A stretch of DNA of 64,000 nt from the human T2T-CHM13v2.0 reference genome, Homo sapiens, in NCBI RefSeq assembly GCF_009914755.1, contig NC_060941.1; one strand, 5' to 3'. The translations under genes were made by a program, and so were the position numbers. Under the pieces are notes generated by a model. The model was not told the DNA's origin, made no database searches, and saw only the letters and a program-made list of their open reading frames with translations. This document shows positions 1 through 24,915 of this stretch, piece after piece; position 1 is the stretch's first letter; each line of letters starts with the position of its first letter.

Positions 1-516
1 GCTGCCCAGAAATTAGAGAAATATACAGACTCTCATTGACTGAATGGCCACTAAATGCTCTGTGCAGGCTGGATGAGGGGCTACAAAAATGAGTACCACA
101 CTTCCCTGCCCCTAAGGAGGTGAATTACAAACCCACGACACACTCACCTCCAAACACACAATCATTCAAAGCAAAGAGAGAAAGATGTCTCATTTTTCCC
201 TTCTATGGGAGAGAAACTTTTTTGACCTTGTCCAATAAAACTAACATTCACATATATGTGGTGTTTGCTTTTAGAATTGCATTTTGTAATTAGTAAGAGA
301 ACATCACCTTTTTAGAATTATCACAGTTCCACTTGTCCATGGTCAACACAAAGCTACTTGCTAGTAGGTCTGGCTCTCAGCTATCCAGATACGAAATTCT
401 GACCAACTACCAAAATCATAATAACGCATTCTTTAAATTCACCTCATCGGAGATGGAGTCTTGGAGACTTAATTACATGTGCTGTTGGTGTAATTAAACT
501 TTTTTCTTTGTGAATA

Positions 517-922
517 CTGTTGTCCCTCGATATCCATGGGGGATTGTACCAGACCCCCACAGATACCAAAATCTCAGGATGCTCAAGTCTTTTCTGTAAA
601 ATGGCATAGTATTAGCATATAACCTAGGTACACCCTTCTGTATATTTAAAATAATCTCTAGATTACTTATGGCCAACTCTAGGTGTACTGCCTATGAGTT
701 AGCTCTGCTCCATAAGGAGAAGTAAAAAAAAAATCATCTATAGATTACTTATAAAACCACATAAGATGCTGCACATCATTTCGTTTGTGGGGGATTCAAC
801 ATAGTACTCAGCACGTGGAAAATTCAAGTTTCAACTTTTGAAACTGTGGAATTTTTTTCTGAATATTTTCTATCCACGGTTGGTTGAATCCATGAATCTG
901 GAACCCATGGATATGGACAGCT
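517..922 (+). mobile_element. MER2 (TcMar-Tigger MITE), interrupted by a short retroposed insert
   Basis: Starts ctgttgtccctcgatatccatggggg and ends ...acccatggatatggacagcta, i.e. degenerate terminal inverted repeats. Confidence 0.7.
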
Positions 923-1288
923 ATATCTGCAAAGGGGCTCTTTTTTTTGAATGAGGAAGACTCAATGACATTCCACTCTATTCCTTCCACTTCCATGGTG
1001 CCATTCCGGTACTAGAGGATTTCACAAAAACTGCCCCATACAGTGGAGGCTTCAGCCACTGTAAACTTATAAGCCCAAGAATCCCATTACTTAGCTCATC
1101 AATGATATGACCACGGCAATCTGGGCATTTCAAGAAGGAAGGAGATGCATTCTCTCTCTCTCTCTCTTTTTTTTTTGAGACAGACAGAGTCTTGCTCTGT
1201 CACCCAGGCTGGAGTGCAGTGGTGTGATCTCAGCTCACTGCAACCTCCACCTCCTGGGTTCAAGCAATTTTCTTCCTCAGCCTGCTGA

Positions 1289-1513
<225 letters not shown>

Positions 1514-2212
1514 TAATTAATCAAATATACATATAAATACAAATAGAAAAATCATTGACTACTTAGTTAATGCTATTTTGGATAAAATATTCCCAATAAT
1601 GAGATTTATAAAATACAAATAATGAAGGGGCCAGGAGTGTTGGCTCATGCCTATAATCACAACACTTTGGGAGGCAGAGGCAGGAGGATCACATGAGTCC
1701 AGGAGTTTGAGACTGGCCTGGGCAGCATAGTGAGACTCCATCACTAAAACAAACAAACAACAAAACAAAACAAAACAAAACAATTAGCTGGGCTTGGTGG
1801 TGCATGCCTGTAGTCCCAGCTATTAGGGAGGCTGAGTTGGGAGGATGAGGCCCTGGAGTTCAAGGCTGTAGTGAGCCATGGTTGTGCCACTGCACTCCAG
1901 CCTGGGCAACAGAGCGAGACCCTGCCTCAAAACATAAAATAAATAAATACATAATAAAAATAATGGGGGGTTTTTGATGGTGAAAAGGTAGGACTGCCAG
2001 CCTGCTCAGAATTATGGAACATTTTAAAGTAGCCAAAAACATTTTTCTCTGTGATAATCAAGGTATCAGGTATGCATTTCTGCAGGACTAAAAGAAACTC
2101 TACATACATTTGATGGTATTTTTCATGTAAGGACTAAATTCTTTTAACGAGCACCTCATTTGGTTTACCCTCTATAGGCTTGAAGCAGGAGGGTATTTCT
2201 GAAGGGAACTTC

Positions 2213-2728
<516 letters not shown>

Positions 2729-4085
2729 GTAATTTATCAGCCGCAGCTTCTCCTAAACGCTTTTTTTTTTTTTTTTTGAGACAGAGCAACCTCCACCTCG
2801 TGGGTTCAAGTGATTCTCGTGCCTCAGCCTCCCAAGTACCTGGGATTACAGGGGTGCACCACCATGCCTAGCTAACTTTTTGTATTTTTAGTAGAGACGG
2901 GGTTTTACCATGTTGCCCAAGCTGGTCTCAAACTCCTGGCCTCAAGTCGATCCACCCGCCTCAGCTTCCCAAGGTGCTGGGATTACAGGCGAGAGCCACT
3001 GCACCTGGCCACCCCCAACACCTTTAAAATAGCTTTGGACGCTCCCAGTGCTTATTTCACTTTTACATTGTTATTTCTAATACAGACATACTATTGATAT
3101 TAAAAAGTACATAAAATATGTAATGCAGAAATAGTACATTGAAAATATATAAAGTAGGCCAGGCATGGTGTCTCATGCCTGGAATCCCAGCACTCTGGGA
3201 GGCCAAGGAGGGAGGATCGCTTGAGTTCAGGAGACCAGCCTGGGCAACACGGCAAGACCTCGTCTCCACAAATAAAAAAAATTAGCCAGGTGTGATGATG
3301 AAGTATGCCTTTAGTCCCAGCTACTGGGGAGGCTGAGGCAGGAGGATCACCTGAGCCATGGAGGTCGAGGCTACAGTGCTCACCGCAAGTTTTTTGCCCC
3401 CAAAAAACTTGCGTTTCAGCCCAAACACCATTCCCATTGAGTAGCAAGCAACTTTGAGCAAATATCTCAGCTTCTCCCTCTGTAAATTCCAACAGTAAGG
3501 CTCTTCTAGCACTATGTACAAACAAGTATTTTCAGCCTTCCTACAAAGAGACAGACTACCTTTATAGTTACAGTTTCCTTTTTATTTATTTATTTATTTT
3601 TGACAGGGTCTTGTTCTGTTGCCCAGGCTGCAGTGCAGTGGTGTGACCACGCCTCACTACAGCCTTGAGCTCCGGGGCTCAAGCACTCCTCCTGCCTCAG
3701 CCTCCCCAGTAGCTGGGAGGCATGCCCCACCATATCTGACTAGTTTTTAAATTATTTGTAGAGATGAGGACTTGCCATGTTGACCAGGCTGGGTTTTTTC
3801 ATGTGTGAAACAGAACACGTCACAGGGTCATTATGAGAATGGAGTCAGCTGGCCCATCTAATGAACTGACCTTTAACCAGGAGGTACTCAGTAAGTGCTA
3901 GATTCTTCTCTTTGGAACTTGAAAGACCAGAGGAGAGCCCAGCAAACTCAGAGAAGCAGGAAAGACCATTCATAGGATGTTGTTCCTGGGTGCTGATGCC
4001 CCACAATTGGGGCTAGTCCACTCCTGGGATGGCCAGCAAAACTCACTTATTCAGAGCTGTGGACTGACAGAGCAAGAATCAGGAG

Positions 4086-4596
<511 letters not shown>

Positions 4597-6709
4597 CACT
4601 CAGGTCAGCTGATGTAGTCTTCCCAGAATCCTCAGCACCCCCTTCCCTGAAGGGGGTCTGGAGGTCCACTGGCATCACTTTGGGACCTAGGGAGTGCAGC
4701 ATTCTCCCAGGCGGCAGCCCAGGCCATTCCGGATACAAGACAGCAAGACAGAGTCACCAGAGCCCTTACTTGTCCCCTGTCCCTACAAGGAAACCCAAAG
4801 CCTTCCTTCCTTCCTTGTGCTCAGCCTGTGGTAAACACCCAGATTTTCTGGAATCGTCTTCTCTCCACTAACAAAATCTTGACAAATCATCTCTTAGGAT
4901 AGGTCACTTCTGCTGGCAGCTAAGGGCCTACCCAGATCCTTATTGGCTTTGGTTTAAAAGGGTAATTTCAGCTGGGCATGGTGGTGTACCCCTGTAATCC
5001 CAGCATTTTGGGAGGCTGATGTGGGAGGATCGCTTGAGCTCAGGAGTTCAAGACCAGCCTGGGAAATATAGCAAGACCTCATCTCTACTAAAATTAAAAA
5101 AAAAAAAAAAAATCAGCCGGGCATGGTGGCAAGCACCCGTAATCCCAGCTACTCGGGGAGGTGAGGCGGGAGCTTGATCCTTTAACCCTGTGACCATGTC
5201 AGGGTACTTTCTCTTGGCTTCTGCCATCTGAAGGGTGGGAATTTTGGAGGTTCATATCATATTTAGCTCTAAAAATTAACTTGAGCAGCTAAAAGCCTTT
5301 GCAAGCTCAAAATTGACTGCTTTAGGCTCCTTCTGGGAAGAGTACTAGAAATTGCCCGGCACCCTAGCTAAGTGGCTAAGGCCTTATCTTTTTTTTCACA
5401 GTGGTGGCCTCGGTTCAATTCCCGGCTTAGGGAATAAGTGCTTTCTGGTTTGCTGTCTGTGTGACTTTTGCCAGTTATTAATTATCTTCCCTACCATGAA
5501 CAACTTCTGACTTCCCATCTTGAATTTTCCTTTCTCTGAGCTACATTTGGCGATTCTAGATCTTGTAACAACTGCTTACCACCTCTTTGAAAATACCACA
5601 CACACCAGGCACAGTGGCTCATGCCTGTAATCCCAGCACTTTAAAAGGAGGCCGAGGCAGGTGGCCCTAAGGTCAGAAGTTTGAGACCAGCCTGGCCAAC
5701 ATGACGAAAACCCTGTCTCTACTAAAAATACAAAAATTAGCTGGGCATGGTGGCACGTGCCTGTAATCCCAGCTACTGGGGGGCTGACGTAAGAGGATAG
5801 CTTGAGCCTGGGAGACAGAGGTTGCAGTGAGCTGAGATCGTGCGTGCCACTGCACTCTTTGAAAATACCACACATGCCGGACACAGTGGCTCACACCTGT
5901 AATCCCAGCACTTTAAAAAGAGGCCGAGGCGGGTGGATCCCCTGAGGTCAGAAGTTTGAGACCAGCCTGGCCAACATGAAGAAACCCCATCTCTACTAAA
6001 AATACAAAAATTCGCTGGGCGTGGTTGCGCATGCCTGTAATCCCAGCTACTAGGGGGGCTGACGTAAGAGGATAGCTTGAGCCTAGGAGACAGAGGTTGC
6101 AGTGAGCTGAGATTGTGCGTGCCACTGCACTCTCGCCTGGGCAACAGACCAAGACTCCATCTCAAAAAAAAACAAAACAAACAAACAAAAAAAAAAAACA
6201 AAAAAATGCACATCCATGGTTAAGTCATAATCCTAGTTAAGTCTTATTCGTTTCACCTGGAAGGTTACCTTTGGTCAAGTCCAAAAGCCAGGAATATCAG
6301 CTATTTGTCCTGGCTAGAGTGGTAATAAGAGATTTGGTTAAAAGTCAGGCTCTGCTCTGTTTTGCATTGTGTTACCTGATGTTTTTTACATTTAGGGTAT
6401 GAGAGATTACATTCTGAGAGAGCTTTTAGCCTTAATGTGTAATAACTAGGTAGGAAATATACTTCAAGGGATGGCTAATGGCAGTTATAGGGGAGTACTC
6501 AGTTCTTTGCATGTTTGGATCAGAGAAGCATGCTCTTGACCACCTAGAAGGTATGGAAACATACCCACCCACCCCCACTGAGAGATAAGACTCCTATAAG
6601 GGATAGCCTGATTCCCTTTATTTGGGGATCCAAGCCTGCTTATTAGTCCCTAGAAACTGCATACTTTCCTGGCCCTGTTCCTTAAAAGGCTCCACTCTAA
6701 AGCCAGTAA

Positions 6710-7039
<330 letters not shown>

Positions 7040-7090
7040 TAACTTACGTCTTTAAAGAACTCTCCATGTGTAAGATTTTCCTGGCCGTCT

Positions 7091-8091
<1,001 letters not shown>

Positions 8092-8145
8092 GTCTTAACT
8101 GCAGTTATTCACACCCTTTTCCTTGGTTTGAGTAAAATATAGATT

Positions 8146-8768
8146 TGTTATTGGAAAGGGGTCTCAATCTAGACCTCAAGAAAGGGTTCTTGGATCTCAC
8201 ACAAGGGGTAATCCAGGGTGAGTCCACAGAGTAAAGAGAAAGCAAGTTTTTATTAGAAAAGTAAAGAAACAAAACAATGGCTACTCCATAGGCAGTGCAG
8301 CCCCAAGGGCTGCTGGTTGGCTATTTTTGGAAATTTCTTAATTATATGCTAAACAAGGGATGGATTACTCATGAGCTTTCTGGGAAAGGGGCAAGGAATT
8401 CCTGGAACTGAGGATTTCTCTTCCTTATAGACCCTATAGGTTAACTTCCAGACATTGCCATGGCATTTGTAAACTCTCATGGCACTGGTGGGAGTGTCTT
8501 TTAGCATGCTAATGCATTATAATGAGCATATAATGAGCAGTGAGGACAGCCAGAGGTAGCTTTCCTCACCATCTTGGTTTTGGTGGGTTTTGGCAGCTTC
8601 TTACTACATCCTTTTTTATCAGCTGGGTCTTTGTGACCTGTATCTTGTGCTGATCTTCTGTCCTGTGACTAAGAATGTCTCTCTGGGAGTGCAGCCCAGC
8701 AGGTCTCAGCCTCATTTTACCCAGTCCCTATTCAAGAGGGAGTTGCTCTGGTTCGAATGCCTCTGAAA
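8146..8768 (-). mobile_element. MER41 LTR (MER41B-like), copy 1
   Basis: Reverse complement of the MER41 pattern (T..CAGAGGC...AACCAGAGCAACTCC at one end, ...CCCCTTTCC..TAACA at the other), ~620 bp. Confidence 0.8.
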
Positions 8769-8805
8769 CATTTGCTAAATGCTTTAATATCATAAACTGC
8801 TTTAA

Positions 8806-9039
<234 letters not shown>

Positions 9040-9104
9040 TGATAATTGTTCATCTTAACTGCTTTGGAGCCATTAGATTCTAAGTAAGCCCCATTAGATT
9101 CTAG

Positions 9105-15804
<6,700 letters not shown>

Positions 15805-18800
15805 CATTTGCTAAATGGTTAAATGTCATAAATTGCCTATTTAATGTGATAATTGTTCAACTTACCTGCTTTGGAGCAAAGGGCTGAGGAAGTGGAGTTA
15901 GCTATGCCCCCTAGCTATGCTGAGAAGAGTCAGACCTCATCTGCACTTCTCAGCAGGCGTTCTAGGCGCCACACCTGGTACATAAATAGAACCTCTTACT
16001 TGCTAGGTTTTTCACCAAGAATAAAAGTAACTAAGAGGTAATATTATAACATATGTAATTGAGAGTACTGGAGAAACAGTTTCACATGCAAGGTATGTAA
16101 GGAAAGTAGCATGTGTTTTTGGTAAAGAAGATATGGGAATGTAGGTTTTTTGGCCTAATTTAGAGATTTAAAGGATTGTTTTAAGTTTGATAGGATAAAG
16201 CGAAAGTTTTGAGTAAGTTGTGAAAGATTAATCTTATAAAACAAATTCTATGTGTGAATATATTGGCTAAAGTTAAAGGGATATTATTCCATTTTTCCAT
16301 AAATTGAACATTGAAATAAAACCACAACAGGGTTTTCTTAGGGCATTGATTTGATCCTTCTTTTTTTGACACAGAGTCTCGCTCTGTTGCCCAGGCTGGA
16401 ATACAGTGGTACAATCTGGGCTCACTACAACCTCCATCGCCCAGGTTCAAGCGATTCTCATGCCTCAGCCTCCCAAGCAGCTGGGATTACAAGTGTGTAC
16501 CACCATGTCCGGCTAATTTTTGTATTTTTAGTAGAGACGGGGTTTCACCATGTTGGTCAGGCTGGTCTCAAACTCCTGATCTCAAGTGATCCACCCACCT
16601 CAGTCTCCCAAAGTGCTGGGATTACAGGCATGAACCATCGTGTCTGGCTGATTTGATTTTAACAGAAAATTGTAAAGGGTTATAAAAGGTTTACGAGAAT
16701 CTTACCTTATGGTCAAACTAAATGAAATTAAATAAATTTGTCTATAGCTTTTATTAAGAATTGGGTTTGACATTAATAGTACACTAATGCAAAGGTGAAA
16801 TTTGGCTTTCTCTCTTGAACAAAATTTTCATGTAATATTAAAAGATAATGAAAGATTTTTCCTTGCCTTTTGAATAAACTACAGGAAAAAGAAGGGAAAT
16901 TAAAAAGACTTTTTTTTTGGAAACCTACCTCTTCCTCTATCAATGAGTAAAGGTGTTTGTCTTTTTAAAATCTTTGAGTTATCATTTTGGCTAAATAAAT
17001 GACTTATGTTGACCTAGGATTTTATTTTATAATATCAGTATTTTAAATCTTTGATACTTGACAAACTTTCCAAAATCAAATTCTAAATTATGTCTTTTTT
17101 TGACCTGATTAATCCTTTTAGTTATTAAGTCCTATAAAATCCAAAATTAACATATTTGGACCAGGTACAGTGGCTCATGCCTATAATCCCAGCACTTTGG
17201 GAGGCCAAGGCCAGTGGATTGCTTCAGGCCAGTAGTTTGAGACGAGCCTGGCCAACATGGCAAAACCCCATCTCTACTAAAAATACAAAATAAATAAAAT
17301 ACAAAATACAAAATAAATAAAAATACACAGCCAGTCATGGTGGTGTGTGCTTATAGTCCCAGATACTCAGGAGGCTGAGGCACAAGAATCACTTGAACAT
17401 GGGAGGTGAAGATTGCAATGAGCTGGGATTATGTACTGCATTCCAGCCTGGGGCACAGAGTGAGACTGCGTCACTGCACTCCAGCCTGGGGGACAGAGTG
17501 AGACTGTCTCAAAAAATCAAAACAAAACATATTTGACCTATGTGGTATATTAAAATCATACTGGAAGCATTGTCAAATATGAAATGGTGTTTGGCTTTCT
17601 TTGGGATTTATTTGTATAAGTATGTTATTGATACGTAGTGCAAAATTATGGGAAACTCCTATAGTTCTGATATGAGTTAGTGTAAGTTATCAGTAATAAT
17701 AATTTTTAGGTAAAATTGTTGTATACCACAGAAGTGACCAAATTTCCTTGTCAATTGTGTCTTTGAATATGGCTCCCTTAAGACCTTTTGTCATTCACAG
17801 ACAATTACTGTCTTGTTTTGATCCTGTTCAAAAGATGTTTTATAATTAGCTATAGGACTCTGACTCTTAAATCCAAGTCTCTGCTAAGTTTTGAAAGTGT
17901 GCCATTAAAGTAGAGGGGAGAAATTTCCAAGACTCTCTTGGAAAACTAATGTGTTCATAAATATCAAGCAAAACAGGAATTAATTGCATAGACTAAATTA
18001 AAAAAAGACCAAAATAATCTTCTTACAACTTTTTGCTTCAAACATTGCTGATCCTTTCTGTTTTGTTTTTCAGAGTCAAGAAAACTCTTCTTTTGAATTA
18101 TTTACAGCTTTTAACAATTGAGTAAAGTATACTCCTACGAGCAAAATTTGGAGCATATTTCTTTCTCTCTACCTGATTTTTCCAGAATCTGGAAACTATT
18201 TGTGAGTATTCATGAGTGTTTTTTGTTTGTTTGTTTGGTGGGTTTTTGTTTGTTTGTTTGTTTGGCCAGGGCCTTTCTCTCTCATCCAGGCTGAAGTTCA
18301 GTGGCATGATCACAATCATCACAGGTCACTACAGCCTCAGCCTCACAGGCTCAAGTGATCCACTCACCTCAGCCTCCCAAGTATCTGGGGCTACAATTGT
18401 GTGTCACCACGCCCAGCTAATTTTTTTTTTTTTTTTTGTAGAGATGAGGTCTCACTATGTTGGCCAAGGTGGTCTCAAACTCCGGGGCACTAGTGGTCCT
18501 CCCACATCAGCCTCCCAAAGTGCTGGGATTGCAGGTGTGAGCCACCACATCTGGCCTAGTATTCTTAACTTATGGCAATATAGCTATTTGCATAAGTGCA
18601 ATAAGAATCTGTTTTTCTTTTGTATAAGGTTATTTTATCTGGCGTGCTTTCAAATACAAACAGACTGCTTTAAGGAATCAAAGTTGACATTTCAAGCCAA
18701 TAAAAGCCCCTTAGGAAAACTGCCATCATACCTTGTCTACACAATCCCTGTACAGGGTTTCTGACCTGTGGCAAGTAAAGAATGTCACTTTCTGACAGGC

Positions 18801-18914
18801 CCAGAAGCCTCAAGTTATCTTGGGACCTCAAGAAGAGAGAAATTTACCAACTCATATAGGTATTTGCAGGCACAGATTAATCAGTGGCTGGGCTCAAGGC
18901 CTTAAAAACTCTAA

Positions 18915-19094
<180 letters not shown>

Positions 19095-19209
19095 TGAGTA
19101 GCTGGGATTACAAGCATGCACCACCACGCCCAGCTAATTTTGTATTTTTAGTAGAGACAGGGTTTCTCCATGTTGGTCAGGCTGGTCTTGAACTCCTGAC
19201 CTAAGGTGA

Positions 19210-19305
<96 letters not shown>

Positions 19306-19464
19306 TAATTATTCTTGCTGCACATTATGCCGATAATATGCCAAGTATCATAAGATTAAAGCCTGTTTTGCAAACAAATCAGTCCTATCATGATTTGTTT
19401 TAATTTAATAAAAATGGAAGATGAGAGAGAGAAAAAATTGTGTATCAAAAACTATGGTATACCT

Positions 19465-19820
19465 TGATATGGTTTGGCTGTGTCCCCACCCAAATCTCAT
19501 CTTGAATTCCCACACATTGTGGGAGGGACCTGGTGAGAGGGAATTGAATCATGGGGGCAGGCCTTTCCCATGCTGTTCTCATGATAGTGAATAAGTCTCA
19601 TGAAAGCTGATAGTTTTATAAGGGGGAGTTTCCCTGCACAAGCTCTCTCTTTGCCTGCTGCCATTCATGTAAGACGTGACTTGCAGCTCCTTGCCTTCCA
19701 TCATGATTGTGAGGCCTTTCCAGCCATGTGGAACTGTAAGTCCATTAAAACTCTCTTTCTTTTGTAAATTGTCCAGTCTTGGCTATGTCCTTATCAGCAG
19801 TGTGAAAACGGACTAATACA
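19465..19820 (+). mobile_element. THE1 solo LTR (ERVL-MaLR)
   Basis: tgatatggtttggctgtgtccccacccaaatctc...ggactaataca. Confidence 0.85.
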
Positions 19821-19877
19821 TATCTGTTATTAGAGTCTGGTCTCATCCATTGTTTTTGAGTTTTTTCTGCTTTTTAA

Positions 19878-20165
<288 letters not shown>

Positions 20166-20493
20166 TGAACTTTTCTGCTATTTAGACTGACCCTGATTAT
20201 TTTTGTGAACCAATGAGTGATCTCTGTCTGCTGCTCAGCAGAAACAGGAGGAATGGGCAATGTAAAAATTTGCATCAGGTTTATAATTCTGGGCATGCAT
20301 TGGGATTGGCTAGCAACTCCATATCAGCTTGGTTCCAACAATTGCCCAGTTCATGGAAAGCCTTCCTATTTAGTTTACTTGGAATTATTTTATCTATTTT
20401 GTTTTACTATTATGGAATATATGGCTGTTGTACTCTTTGTGTAGGAATGCAGGATAAACTTACTCAACATTTTCTTTTTTTTTTTTTTTTTAA

Positions 20494-20655
<162 letters not shown>

Positions 20656-21017
20656 TAGAGACAGGGTTTCTCTATGTTGGTCAGGCTGGTCTTGAACTCC
20701 TGACCTCAGGTGATCTGCCTGCCTTGGCCTCCCAAAGCACTGGGATTACAGGCATGAGCCACTGTGCCTGGCCAACATTTTCTTAAATTGAATACTTATT
20801 AATCTTCCAGATACCACCTTTTTGTCAGAACTCAGAGTTATGAATGGCCCTCACCATACTAATGCTTTCTGACTGAGCTCCTCTCTACCCTGAATAAAAG
20901 AGACCCTAATAATTAGGCAGGAATATCACCACCCCTATTCAGCCCAAAGAAGTTACTGATGATGGATCCTCCTCCCTCTACAACACTTAGTCCTCTTGTA
21001 AAAGGGAGGAAGAAATG

Positions 21018-21427
21018 TGTCAGAGGTGTTGGAACAAGAGTGACTCCATCTTGAACAGGGGCTAGGTAAAATAAGGCTGAGACCTGCTGGGCTGCATTCT
21101 CAGGAGGTTGTGGATTCTTAGTCACAGGATGGGATAGGAGGTTGGCACAAGATACAGGTCATAAAGAACCCACTGATAAAACAGCATGCAGTAAAGAAAC
21201 CAGCCCAAACCCATTAAATCCAAGATGGCAACAAAAGTGACCTCTGGCCATCCTCACTGCTCATTATGCTAATATAATGCATTAGCATGCTAAAAGACAC
21301 TCCTCCCACCAGCACTATGACAGTATACAAATGCCATGGCAACGTCTAGAAGTTACCCTATGTGGTCTAAAATGGGGAGGAAACATTAGTTTGCTGGGGT
21401 CTGGATCAGAACCCCTTTCTGGAAACA
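21018..21427 (+). mobile_element. MER41 3' LTR of the + strand element, internally deleted
   Basis: tgtcagaggtgttggaacaagagtgactccatcttg...cccctttctggaaaca. About 200 bp shorter than the other copies and lacking the GAS segment. Confidence 0.75.
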
Positions 21428-21669
21428 CTGTAGATAACATCACTATTGTAAAACCTACAATTGGTGTTTTGGAGATCTTTCAGACTGACCCCACCTGGAC
21501 CCATGACTCATGAGTCAGCTGATCCTGTGGCTCCATGCAGAGGTGGACTCAACTGATGAAGACTGTTTTCCACACCCCTATGATTTCATCCTCAACCAAT
21601 CAGTAACACCCATTCCCAAGCCCCCTGCTCACCAAATTTTCCACAAAACCCTTAACATCATAGCCTTTA

Positions 21670-24169
<2,500 letters not shown>

Positions 24170-24207
24170 TTGGGTATATAAAATTTTCAAACAGCATCAT
24201 CATTTGA

Positions 24208-24458
<251 letters not shown>

Positions 24459-24756
24459 TGACCCGCCTACCTCGGCCTCCCAAAGTGCTGGAATTACAGG
24501 CATGAGCCACTGCGCCCAGCAAGCTAGAACATTTTTAAATTTTGTAATTGTTATTGTTCATCAGGAGTTGAGGATTTAACACCATGAATAATACTATTAG
24601 TATGAAGAGAAATTCCCTTTTTATGGAGAACATACGTTACCCAGTGGCCATCAATTTGAAAGAACTTATTGGAAAAGTTCAAGGCCCATGTTAAGTCATG
24701 CCAGGATTCAAAAGACCACACCATCCACTTCTTTTTCTTTTCTTTTTTTTTTTTGA

Positions 24757-24915
<159 letters not shown>

